The position numbers and the translations under genes are program-made. Shown piece after piece: positions 18,817 through 27,988 of a stretch of DNA of 54,855 nt. The notes under the pieces were generated by a model, which saw nothing but the letters and a program-made list of their open reading frames with translations, did no database searches and was not told the origin of the DNA. Position 1 is the stretch's first letter. Every line of letters starts with the position of its first letter. Source of the DNA: a virus; IMG/VR virus record IMGVR_UViG_3300031280_000001, positions 1 to 54,855 of that record. The stretch is one strand, 5' to 3'.

Positions 18817-21024
18817 TTATTTAGTGCCGGCTCCAGGTTTAATTGCAGAGGAAATAATTTTCGTAGCCCGATCCTTATCTTTCTGCGAATCTTCTCTAGC
18901 CTCATCTCGTAATTTCTCTCCGTATAAAACTTGACCAGTTTCTTCCTGTGCCTGAGCCTGTGCCTGAGCCTGATCTTCTCCAACTTGTGACTGCTTACGT
19001 TTAAGTTCAGCAAGTCTGCGGTGAAATGATCTGAGCACCGCTAAGGCTTCTTCATCAGTAGCCCTGCCTGTAAGAGTTGCAGCAGTCTCTCCATCAATCA
19101 AACCATATTGTAACCATGATATCGTTCTTTGATCTACATATACACGCTCACTATCTGGATCAATGGTACGAACAAGACTAGTTCGGAACTGCTCATGTCT
19201 CATATCTTTAGAAATTTTTAAGACTTCTGCAGATTCTTCACCTACTGCATCAACAAGTTCAGTATCCATATCTATATAATATCTCTTTCCGGATGTAGCT
19301 ATATTCTGATAGCATCCATTGAATACCGAATTAATGGCCGCGTAAAATGGTTCCTGCATAATAGACCCTCTCTGGATGGCCAATTGCATAACCCCGACCA
19401 ATTGATCCGGATTCTGCTGCCCCTTCAATCCCTCATTCACCCCACTAATCTGTTCAATACCAAGACGGAAGTTTTCAATCAATTCTGAGAAAACCAGGGT
19501 AGTTTCTTTAACTCCGGCATCATAACGCCCTACAGCATTATTAACACCGCGGGCTCTTCCACGAATACCTATTGGCTCAGATCTCTTCATTTTTCCAGCA
19601 ACTTCGTCTTCAGTTCCTTCATCAAATAAATCCATATCAAACACAACTCCAGCTCCGCCAGCATTATTAATCTGATTCTCCATAACCGACATAAACCGGT
19701 TAATCATTCTTTGTGGATTGATAACCACATCAATTGGAGCCATGGTCTCCCCATCCATATACGCCCATGTACCACACTTGTACGGGGGTTTCATATTGGT
19801 TGGCATATAAAGATCAGGTTCTTGATAAGGGATAATACCGAAATCCAAAACAACACTCTCAACAGCCTTGGATGGATTATATTTTGAAGCGGAAAGAATC
19901 TCATATGGAATAAATCGACAGAATCTCCACAAGTCAACCTGCAGATTCCTGGTAGATCTCCCGCGCAATACTTTCTTTTGGTATGATGTTAGATCCTGAA
20001 GAGGAATCACATCCATTCTCGTATACCTTATATCCTCTTCTCCCTCATATACATAATTAAGTCTTTCCAATATTCTTTGCCCAAATTGATCCGTAACATA
20101 CCCAAATGTATCCACAACCGTATCTCTCCAAGTTGCATTATATGTTGGTACCCTGTGACGAATATCAAAAGATTGTCCATTTGCCTGTGTACCTATAGTC
20201 TGGGATACATAATCCTCAATAGCCTTCTTCTGGGGTAAAGATAATGCTTGATGACGCTCATAAATATCGGTAGCCAGGGAATAATCAAACTCAAAAAAAT
20301 ATTCAGAATCGGAAAGATCTTCTTCTATTGCTCCTCTGTCCCAACCAAACCTATCTACCGGAATTCTTTTGAATTGCCATTCTCCATTAAGCGGGTATGG
20401 ATGAACAATGCCTATACCACCAGTAGCGATATCAACAGCAAGTTGTTTCTTAAACCGGTCTAATCTAGAAGTCTTGGCTACATATCTTAGTAACCTATTC
20501 ATCGCAACCACAAAGCTATCCACATAATTATTCTCGAATCGCATGGCAATATCATCCTCATCCTTACCAGTTAGATACCCCTTCTTCTCCATTTCCTTCC
20601 CGAATTCCGGGAATAATTCAGCCGCGTAACCATACGCTTGTAACCGGGCCAGAGACTTATCCCGACGACTTTTTGCCATGGGCGATATGGCTTGGACCTT
20701 TACATCAAATGTCATCCGTTCTGCGTTTCCACGATATTGTTCTATCATGGGCTGGATGAAATTACGGGTTACTTTAATACGATTGCGATCCTGTCCAGAT
20801 TCGTCTTTAAAAAATGCCTCAGTATCCTCTTTCATGATCCACTGCTTATTCTTGTAGAAATTCATGTTAGTTTGATACTTAGCTATGTGTTCGATCTGCT
20901 TTTGACGCAACCCTTCACCGATTACCCAACGAGCATACTCAACATGGTATTTCTCATCTTTCAGATCTTCTCGGATTTCAATCCGGTTTGGCTTATTTTG
21001 TTTTGTTTGAATTAATTGAAGCAT
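18817..21024 (-). CDS. Portal protein
   Basis: 735 aa between terminase and scaffold; RNFIQPMIEQYRG and EQISGVNEGLKG patterns of podoviral portals. Confidence 0.8.
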   Translation of the reverse strand: MLQLIQTKQNKPNRIEIREDLKDEKYHVEYARWVIGEGLRQKQIEHIAKYQTNMNFYKNKQWIMKEDTEAFFKDESGQDRNRIKVTRNFIQPMIEQYRGNAERMTFDVKVQAISPMAKSRRDKSLARLQAYGYAAELFPEFGKEMEKKGYLTGKDEDDIAMRFENNYVDSFVVAMNRLLRYVAKTSRLDRFKKQLAVDIATGGIGIVHPYPLNGEWQFKRIPVDRFGWDRGAIEEDLSDSEYFFEFDYSLATDIYERHQALSLPQKKAIEDYVSQTIGTQANGQSFDIRHRVPTYNATWRDTVVDTFGYVTDQFGQRILERLNYVYEGEEDIRYTRMDVIPLQDLTSYQKKVLRGRSTRNLQVDLWRFCRFIPYEILSASKYNPSKAVESVVLDFGIIPYQEPDLYMPTNMKPPYKCGTWAYMDGETMAPIDVVINPQRMINRFMSVMENQINNAGGAGVVFDMDLFDEGTEDEVAGKMKRSEPIGIRGRARGVNNAVGRYDAGVKETTLVFSELIENFRLGIEQISGVNEGLKGQQNPDQLVGVMQLAIQRGSIMQEPFYAAINSVFNGCYQNIATSGKRYYIDMDTELVDAVGEESAEVLKISKDMRHEQFRTSLVRTIDPDSERVYVDQRTISWLQYGLIDGETAATLTGRATDEEALAVLRSFHRRLAELKRKQSQVGEDQAQAQAQAQEETGQVLYGEKLRDEAREDSQKDKDRATKIISSAIKPGAGTK

Positions 21025-21046
21025 GGCTTATATATTATTATATCGT

Positions 21047-21607
21047 TTACTTTTCACTTGCGTTTTGATAATACTCTCTATCGAATCCTGTGCTATTTTC
21101 ATCTTCTTCCTCACCCCTATTGGATACTCCGAATCCCTCTTCCATCTTTGTAATCAAGCCCGGTAACTCTTGGGCTATCTTAGTAGTAGCATCAACAAAT
21201 TTCTTTATATCATTGACATCATCCTTATCCTTATACTTCTCAAGATCGCACAGATTTTCGTAATTATAGATAAGTTTCTCAATCATTGATCTGGCCTTCT
21301 CACGGATACCTGGCTCAACCACAGACATACGATCTATAGCTAAAGCCCATTTCTCATCAAAATTAAGCTTCAGCAACTCAGCCTTCAAAGTTCTATCCGG
21401 CGTATAGTTTGCTCGTTTAAGCGCCTCTATAATCCTAGATTTGTTATCCTCAATAGAAAGGATCTCAGAAGTAGGATTTGCATACCACCAAATGGTAATC
21501 AACTGAATTGCCGTTAAAAGTTCAAATTCCTTAATTCGTTTCAGTTCCGGGTAGCGACTGCGATAATCTGCGGGCCTGACCTTGTACGGATCGAATATCT
21601 TCCTCAT
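21047..21607 (-). CDS. Hypothetical protein between terminase and portal
   Basis: ORF track; helical with an acidic tail. Confidence 0.5.
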   Translation of the reverse strand: MRKIFDPYKVRPADYRSRYPELKRIKEFELLTAIQLITIWWYANPTSEILSIEDNKSRIIEALKRANYTPDRTLKAELLKLNFDEKWALAIDRMSVVEPGIREKARSMIEKLIYNYENLCDLEKYKDKDDVNDIKKFVDATTKIAQELPGLITKMEEGFGVSNRGEEEDENSTGFDREYYQNASEK

Positions 21608-23852
21608 AGGTTAAATTATTATAGTTTTCCTTCACTGCTATACGAGACAAATTCCAATTGGCATCGCGTACCGTTTTATATCTTATTCTAGTTTTGCTAA
21701 TCTGACTGTTCTGTCTGAAAGTCTTCTTATGAGAACATGCCATACGAGCAATGTAGGCATATGTGATAGCATCCAAAGCATCATCATAGTGCATCAACTT
21801 ATTTATCGGCCCCCAACTTTCTTTCCCAGTTGGTTTAATCTCGTATGCAAAGGTACTTAATTGATCGAAGAACACCGAAATATAAATATTGTTATGGTAA
21901 GTTCGGAATACTTCAGTCATATATTCTATGACTGCATCGGATCGTAATCCCTTCTTATCCAAGCCTATATCTCTTGCACCCCCCTGAACTTTAGCCGGCA
22001 ATTGAGTATTAAAAATGAGAGATCCAAGGAACCCTTTTAGCTCTTTATAATCAATATAGTTAGTTCCAATGTTCGCTTCTACTAATTCTGGTACACCTCT
22101 TTTTACTTGATTCTCTACATCATAATATAATCCCAGCAACACTGTCTGCAAAAACACTTGCTTATGTTCATGAGATTTCCGGTAATTTAACAGGGCTGAA
22201 CAAGTCTTGAGATGATCATCCCATATAGCACTGGCTTGTTTTGAATGCCCAGACTCCGTAGCAATAGGGTCAGTTCCCTGCCAGTATCGATTTACCCAAT
22301 GCTGTTCCGGGTGTTGGAATATCCAAACTGTTCCCTTCCTATCCGGATCATCATCATCCAAAGCAGTAAACTTGGCATCTATGATACGATATGGAACGTC
22401 GCTCTCAGGCGGCATGGGATCATCATAATCGTAGATTGGTTCGAAGTATCCAAGTGTTGGACGTGCTCGGGAACCGAGCGCCCTGCACCGCTCAAGACCA
22501 CCTTCTATAATCTCCCGGGATACCAACGTACTAGAATTACTCAGAAACATATCCTTGAAAGTAGATGGGTAATGCTGATGGAACTGGATCTTGGAAGTTT
22601 CCAAATCAATATCTCTTTCTGTCGCTCGGGCGCCGTAATACCAAGCCCGTTCTTTCAGGTAATCTTCTTTACTCAGTCTAGCATGCCAGCTAAAGAATAA
22701 TGGTACAAAACCGCTTTCAAACTGCTTGGCTTCCCACAGACCTAGAATACGATACCATTCTTTTTCATAAGCTCCTTTACCTTTATCCATTTCACCGCCG
22801 GTTCCCCACATCCAGATCTGACGACGTAATACAAATTTACCAGTTACCGGATCATTCCAAAACATGGTAGGCCTTGCTTCGTTCAGCATTGGACCCAGGA
22901 TACCAATGTTCCCAATCTCGTCAATGAGGGCCAGCTGAGGAGATCCCCCGTTGATTGCCGTTTTCTTAGGCGCTACGACGTCACATCTACTATTAGGATA
23001 TCCTTTCTTTCCTTTACCGGGTTTATCTGATAACCAGAATCTCTGGCCACTATCGGACTTCACTGGTGGCTGCAGCCATCGGGGAAGGGCCCCAAACGGA
23101 TATTTCAATTTATCAGTAAAGATCTCCTCAACTGTATCTTTATCCTCAGCAATAAATTTTATATAATAGTTATTGTGAATGAGCATCATCTTGAGTGCAA
23201 CAATACCCATGGCAGAAGTAAATCCAATCTGTCGTCCTTTACCACCAATTATATTATAGCGGCAATCGAACAAATAGAAAATTACGGCATGGTGCTCCTT
23301 CGCAAAGTAACGCATGGTACCGGTTGCAGCATCACCCTCCTTCAATTCTCCATACTTATTTGCAAAATATAAAGTACTTTCTTTTATCCGGTCCCGCTCT
23401 TGGTTTGCATATTCCCGTTTAGCGTCCGGATCTTTGTAATTGGTAATATTATCTTTCTCCTCCAGCCATCGAAATGCCTGGGCCTTGTACCGCTCGAATA
23501 AAGGATATTTGATTGCTTGAGGAAATGGACCATATACAATAGAATTGATCCAATTTATAAATTCATCACTATGATAAAGGTTACTTTCAGGAAGCCAGTC
23601 TTCCTTTGTAAGATTATCTTTAAACCTGGAGAATGTACCGGAATGTGCAAATGGGTTATTTTCCCAGCGCTTCATCTTCTTTTGTAGGATCTGCTGACCG
23701 GGAGATAGCTTTATAATTTCAGGACCATCTTTGATATACCCCTCCCTTCTCAACAGTTCTACTTGCTGTCGATTAAGAATACCTTTCTGATATTGCTTAT
23801 GAAGGTATGCAAGATAGCGATTTCTCGACGCCTCCGTGCCCGTAATAGCCAA
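21531..23852 (-). CDS. terL: Terminase large subunit
   Basis: Walker A-like GKGRQIGFTS, Walker B LALIDEIG, GTGG coupling motif, RuvC-like WQGTDPI...DDALDA. Confidence 0.9.
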   Translation of the reverse strand: MAITGTEASRNRYLAYLHKQYQKGILNRQQVELLRREGYIKDGPEIIKLSPGQQILQKKMKRWENNPFAHSGTFSRFKDNLTKEDWLPESNLYHSDEFINWINSIVYGPFPQAIKYPLFERYKAQAFRWLEEKDNITNYKDPDAKREYANQERDRIKESTLYFANKYGELKEGDAATGTMRYFAKEHHAVIFYLFDCRYNIIGGKGRQIGFTSAMGIVALKMMLIHNNYYIKFIAEDKDTVEEIFTDKLKYPFGALPRWLQPPVKSDSGQRFWLSDKPGKGKKGYPNSRCDVVAPKKTAINGGSPQLALIDEIGNIGILGPMLNEARPTMFWNDPVTGKFVLRRQIWMWGTGGEMDKGKGAYEKEWYRILGLWEAKQFESGFVPLFFSWHARLSKEDYLKERAWYYGARATERDIDLETSKIQFHQHYPSTFKDMFLSNSSTLVSREIIEGGLERCRALGSRARPTLGYFEPIYDYDDPMPPESDVPYRIIDAKFTALDDDDPDRKGTVWIFQHPEQHWVNRYWQGTDPIATESGHSKQASAIWDDHLKTCSALLNYRKSHEHKQVFLQTVLLGLYYDVENQVKRGVPELVEANIGTNYIDYKELKGFLGSLIFNTQLPAKVQGGARDIGLDKKGLRSDAVIEYMTEVFRTYHNNIYISVFFDQLSTFAYEIKPTGKESWGPINKLMHYDDALDAITYAYIARMACSHKKTFRQNSQISKTRIRYKTVRDANWNLSRIAVKENYNNLTYEEDIRSVQGQARRLSQSLPGTETN

Positions 23853-23855
23853 CGT

Positions 23856-24125
23856 TTACCTGATTATACCGCGTTCTTGCAGCCTCTGCAGTATCAACAG
23901 CTGGGCTTCCAAGAAGACGACCTTAGATTTTAATTTGCCTACGTATTGGACAGCAGCTTGCACTGCATTGCGGTCACCTGGCGAATTATCTAATTTGGAT
24001 AGCGCTTCCGGGAGGGTGGAGAATTCATTGGCTCCCACCTCATCTGCGGGAACGTTCCCCGCACAATAATCAACTATCTTATCCAGATAATCGAGTGGAT
24101 CAATTTCCATTCCTACTTGCGCCAT
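23856..24125 (-). CDS. Hypothetical protein
   Basis: ORF tightly packed in the operon. Confidence 0.5.
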   Translation of the reverse strand: MAQVGMEIDPLDYLDKIVDYCAGNVPADEVGANEFSTLPEALSKLDNSPGDRNAVQAAVQYVGKLKSKVVFLEAQLLILQRLQERGIIR

Positions 24126-24128
24126 CTG

Positions 24129-24842
24129 TTATTTAATTTTTATTAAATGTAAATATGTTGCTTTTATATGTTTTAAGTATTTATCATATCCGAGTGTGCC
24201 TTTTGCCGCGTTACACACAAAACAGCACGATACCGAATTATTGATTGTATATCCTTCACTATTATCTTTACGATCAATTCCATTATAGATGTATGATCCA
24301 TTAGCCCCTGACGGGTGACATATATTTGATGGCGGTGACCCACAATAATGACAATTTCCCTTATGTAATATTAGGATTTGCTCGTCGGTTAACGCCTGTT
24401 CTAAATTTCTCTTTTTTGCACTGTTTTTGTGCCAAAGCATAACACGGTTACGAGCAGCTATTCCTTCAGGAAGCGATTGCTGGTCTTTTTGCAAACAGCC
24501 ACAACTTGTAGTTAATTCAGCAACTAAAGCTGAACCATTTATAACTTTCTCATTACCACAATCACATAAACATTTCCAGAATGATTTATTTTTATGCATG
24601 TGAGAAAACTCTATCACTGTAAGCCTATTAAACTTTCGACCCTTTAATTCAAGCCTATTCTTACCTTTGAGGTGTCCGCAACTTTTAGTGTGCCCGTTTC
24701 TTAAATTATATCCGGGTATAACTTTCTCATTACCACAATCACATAAACATTTCCAATATGCGTCCTTATGCATGTGAGAAAACTCTATCACTGTAAGCTC
24801 ACCGAACCTTTTTCCTGTCATATCAATCCGTGGTCTACCCAT
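24129..24842 (-). CDS. HNH homing endonuclease with duplicated N-terminal Cys modules
   Basis: Two G.RF..LTVIEFSHMHK..WKCLCDCGNEKVI repeats (also repeated at DNA level); C-terminal CHYCG...NGIDRKDN..GY..NN.VSCC..CN. Confidence 0.85.
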   Translation of the reverse strand: MGRPRIDMTGKRFGELTVIEFSHMHKDAYWKCLCDCGNEKVIPGYNLRNGHTKSCGHLKGKNRLELKGRKFNRLTVIEFSHMHKNKSFWKCLCDCGNEKVINGSALVAELTTSCGCLQKDQQSLPEGIAARNRVMLWHKNSAKKRNLEQALTDEQILILHKGNCHYCGSPPSNICHPSGANGSYIYNGIDRKDNSEGYTINNSVSCCFVCNAAKGTLGYDKYLKHIKATYLHLIKIK

Positions 24843-24843
24843 C

Positions 24844-25239
24844 CTATTTACTTATATTATATTCTTTACGTATTCGATCACCATACTTCTCCATGAGATC
24901 TGTAGGACCCACGGTACTGAACGCCTCATCATGCTTAACCTTCTCGTCTGCCTTTTTTGCCTCATCCCTCACCTTTGCAGCATTTTCATAGTTTGCCCTC
25001 ATTTCATCAGCGGCTCTATCATCAGACCTATTATCTACAGACGGTGGATCTACAAGGGCAACATGGTCAGGTATAGGCGTATTTGACATGGCCTGTCTGG
25101 CCTGATCAGCGCAATCCATACCATAATTAACATATTGCTCTATTACATCAGTCCTAGTATCACCGCTCGTTTGATAAAATTTTAGTCGAGCAAGTGTCGT
25201 TTTGGACATCCGTAAAGATATCTTCTCTGTCGTTTCCAT
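24844..25239 (-). CDS. Ribbon-helix-helix-like DNA-binding protein, first gene of the virion operon
   Basis: METTEKISLRMSKTTLARL...TRTDVIEQYV pattern; ATG at 25239 lies just after a promoter, which makes it more likely than the track start at 25287. Confidence 0.55.
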   Translation of the reverse strand: METTEKISLRMSKTTLARLKFYQTSGDTRTDVIEQYVNYGMDCADQARQAMSNTPIPDHVALVDPPSVDNRSDDRAADEMRANYENAAKVRDEAKKADEKVKHDEAFSTVGPTDLMEKYGDRIRKEYNISK

Positions 25240-25243
25240 GGAA

Positions 25244-25275
25244 CAAAGGTACGAACAATAATCAAGACTACCAAA
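25244..25275 (-). promoter_or_regulatory. Bacteroidota promoter driving packaging/virion operon (near-leaderless)
   Basis: TTTG-N20-TACCTTTG ending 4 nt before the ATG. Confidence 0.7.
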
Positions 25276-25277
25276 CC

Positions 25278-25354
25278 CGTCGGACAAGCGTCGGACAAGC
25301 GTCGGACAAGCATCCTGTAACCCTCATGTTTACTCGTCGGACACTGTCGGACAA
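25278..25354. repeat. Tandem 11-bp repeats CGTCGGACAAG x3 plus two further GTCGGACA copies
   Basis: Units at 25278, 25289 and 25300; partial copies at 25335 and 25345. Confidence 0.9.
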
Positions 25355-25423
25355 AACTGAAACTCAACTGAACATCCCCGGTAATGGTCATACCACCCCA
25401 TAAGGCAAATCCTAACCGCTCGT

Positions 25424-25474
25424 GATCAAAAGAAGACGGAGGAGCGTTAGCAAATCCGTCGTCTTCTTTTGATC
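25424..25474. other. Inverted repeat, 14-bp perfect stem
   Basis: GATCAAAAGAAGAC ... GTCTTCTTTTGATC in the divergent intergenic region. Confidence 0.8.
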
Positions 25475-25585
25475 TTTCTGAGCTATATCTATTCTATCCT
25501 ACTGGATTCAAACAGTATTCCGCATAGGCATACATACGCGCGCGCGAGGCCGGTTATAGAGAATGTACGATTTCTATCCATTTAG

Positions 25586-25616
25586 TTGCACATGTCATAA
25601 ATTAATAATACCTTTG
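25586..25616 (+). promoter_or_regulatory. Bacteroidota promoter
   Basis: TTG-N20-TACCTTTG upstream of 25633. Confidence 0.65.
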
Positions 25617-25632
25617 CCTACAAATCCAAAAT

Positions 25633-26496
25633 ATGAATAAAGCACAATTCAATTTAGAGTTGTATCATAAGATGTATCAACTCTATAAAATTTCTGCTGA
25701 ACAAGGTATCAAATTATATGCAGAATCATTAAGTCATCATTTTGAAATTCCAGATCGTGTAGCTAGATACTATTTTTTTATGGTAGAAAATAATTATAAT
25801 CAAACTACCCAATCTAATAAGATCCAGGGAGAAAATCGTTTGATTATCCCAGATCTTCATAGTCCATTTGTTAAAAAAGGATTTCTTGAACACTGCGTTC
25901 AGGCTTATCATGAATATCAATGTACTAAAGTATCATTTTTAGGAGATATCCTAGATAATCATTTTAGTTCATTTTGGAAAACAGATCCAGATGGACTATC
26001 AGCAAAAGATGAAATAGATTTGGCTATAGAAATTCTTCAACCTTGGTATTCGTCTTTTCCTGAAGCAGAAGTTTGCATTGGAAATCACGACGCCCGGATA
26101 AGACGTCAAGCATTTGATGCTGGCATATCTGAAAAATGGATTAAAAATTATTCTGATGTTATTGAAACTCCTGGATGGATATGGGATGATTATTTTGATC
26201 ATTTTGATGTACGTTATATCCATGGTGATGGACCAGGTGGTGCAACTAATGGAGCTTTCAATAGAATGCTTCATTGGAGAATATCAGTGGTACAAGGACA
26301 TTTTCATACCAGTTCTTATACTCGATGGTCTGTTTCAGAAAAGGATAGATTATATGCTATGCAATGTGGATGTGGTATGGATTACAAAGTTTACGCTGCA
26401 GCATATGGTAAAAAATCTCAAAAGAAACCAGTAATTGAATGTGCCGTTATTTTAGATAATGGTAGAATCCCAATTCACCTCCCAATGTATTTATAA
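25633..26496 (+). CDS. Calcineurin-like metallophosphoesterase
   Basis: PDLH, GDILD, GNHD, IHGD and GHFH motifs. Confidence 0.85.
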   Translation: MNKAQFNLELYHKMYQLYKISAEQGIKLYAESLSHHFEIPDRVARYYFFMVENNYNQTTQSNKIQGENRLIIPDLHSPFVKKGFLEHCVQAYHEYQCTKVSFLGDILDNHFSSFWKTDPDGLSAKDEIDLAIEILQPWYSSFPEAEVCIGNHDARIRRQAFDAGISEKWIKNYSDVIETPGWIWDDYFDHFDVRYIHGDGPGGATNGAFNRMLHWRISVVQGHFHTSSYTRWSVSEKDRLYAMQCGCGMDYKVYAAAYGKKSQKKPVIECAVILDNGRIPIHLPMYL

Positions 26497-26506
26497 TCAG
26501 ACAGTT

Positions 26507-27007
26507 ATGAGTAACGTTAATAAAGCTATAAAGATGGCGGCGGAGAAGGGATTTTCTATTGATAAAGAAGGAAATGTATTCCGTCATGGTAGTCCAATAA
26601 AGCCCTGTTTTCATAAAGGTTATAAGCACTTTAGTGTAGTCATTAGTCCAAACAAACAGATCAGTGTTCCCTTTCATCGATTTCAGGGATATCATAAATT
26701 TGGATTAAAGATATTTAAACCTGAGATAGCTGTACGTCATCTTAATGGGGATAGAACTGATAACTCATGGAATAACATGGGTATAGGTACACACCTAGAC
26801 AACATGAGGGATATTCCTAAAGAGGCTAGGTTACAGGTTGCTACAAATGCATCCCATACCAGATGGCCAAATCAACCAGATGCAGCAGCTATGCTACTAG
26901 ATAAAGAAAATGGGATGCATTGGAAAGACATAGCCAAAAAATACGGTACCAGCAGATCAAATACACATCGTTTATTGGTGAAGCAGCGTAATTTAAAATC
27001 ATTCTAA
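26507..27007 (+). CDS. HNH endonuclease
   Basis: VRHLNGDRTDNSWNNMGIGTHLDN; ATG at 26507 preferred over 26459. Confidence 0.8.
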   Translation: MSNVNKAIKMAAEKGFSIDKEGNVFRHGSPIKPCFHKGYKHFSVVISPNKQISVPFHRFQGYHKFGLKIFKPEIAVRHLNGDRTDNSWNNMGIGTHLDNMRDIPKEARLQVATNASHTRWPNQPDAAAMLLDKENGMHWKDIAKKYGTSRSNTHRLLVKQRNLKSF

Positions 27008-27059
27008 ATAAGTATTGGGTATTGCAATATCCAATATTTTATTGTAGCTTTACAGAAGT

Positions 27060-27459
27060 TCTTTGAGATCGATATTTCGAAACATGTTTGGACCGGGGTT
27101 CGTTGCCCCGCATCTCCACAAAAAGTCCAACCGGTAGCCAAAAGGGGTGAGGATAAGATCACACACCCGGGCGTTTATTCGGCTCTGGCCTTGGGGGATA
27201 ATACGACGCCGTGCAAAAATGTCTATGCTGAGGAGCATGAAGATATACCGCCGGAAGATTCGTATTTTCCCCCCCTGGTACAGGGGAGTAAGTTACAAGA
27301 TTGTAAGATATGGGGATGAATGTTTTGACAGCATGAGAGTAGGGTATCAGGAGAGGACGAAGCTAATTAACCGGCACAAAGGTTATACAACTAATTCCTC
27401 AAGGCCGCTTCCAGGAAGCAGCTTAGCTAGGAGCCTGAGCCCCTTCGGGGGTTTCAGGT
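27060..27459 (+). ncRNA. ssrA: Circularly permuted (two-piece) tmRNA gene
   Basis: The tRNA-like 3' end GGAC-CGGGG-TTCGTTG-CCCCG-CATCTCC-A (27090-27118) lies upstream of the 5' end GGGGATG-AATGTTTTGAC (from 27312). The acceptor stem pairs 7/7 including G3.U70. Tag ORF 27373-27426 reads GTKVIQLIPQGRFQEAA*. Ends in a UUCG hairpin. The 5' boundary of the acceptor piece is approximate. Confidence 0.85.
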
Positions 27460-27472
27460 AAGTTTCTAAAAC

Positions 27473-27985
27473 GTGATAAAAGATTTGAAACCAATAACTG
27501 GATTTGAAAATTATTTAATAGATTGTTCAGGTAAAGTATTTAGCCTAAAAAGCAACAAATACCTGAAGCCCGGTGACAACGGGCGCGGATATTTTAAGGT
27601 AAATTTATGGCGAAATGGAAGGCAGTATACTATAACTATTCATAGATTAGTTGCTCAGGCTTTTCTCCCTAATCCTGATAACAAATCATTTATTAACCAC
27701 AAAGACGGAAATAAACTCAACAATACGGTATCTAATTTAGAGTGGGTGACGCCAGCTGAGAATAATCAACATGCTTATGATATAGGCTTAAGAAAATGGT
27801 CACCGAATTCGGGCCGAAAACTTATTCCTATTAATGTATACGATTATAAAACTGGCGAGTTTAAATCTACCCATGATTCTATAAGTGAAGCTATTGAGCT
27901 TTATGATTTAAATTATGGCGGTGTATGGAGGATGTTACATGGAAAATCGAAACACACAAAAAAATTAACTCTCGCTAAAATATAA
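27473..27985 (+). CDS. NUMOD4-HNH homing endonuclease
   Basis: KPITGFENYLIDCSGKVFS (NUMOD4); IHRLVAQAFLPNP...INHKDGNKLNN.VSNLEW (HNH); NUMOD1-like tail. Confidence 0.9.
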   Translation: MIKDLKPITGFENYLIDCSGKVFSLKSNKYLKPGDNGRGYFKVNLWRNGRQYTITIHRLVAQAFLPNPDNKSFINHKDGNKLNNTVSNLEWVTPAENNQHAYDIGLRKWSPNSGRKLIPINVYDYKTGEFKSTHDSISEAIELYDLNYGGVWRMLHGKSKHTKKLTLAKI

Positions 27986-27988
27986 CAA

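Noticed and set aside
24540-24800. Nucleotide duplication inside the HNH gene as a mobile-element end
   Set aside because: Explained by in-frame tandem duplication of the N-terminal Cys module.
27147-27461. 104-aa ORF (and 27050..27238 on the minus strand)
   Set aside because: They overlap the tmRNA structure and have no recognisable protein features.
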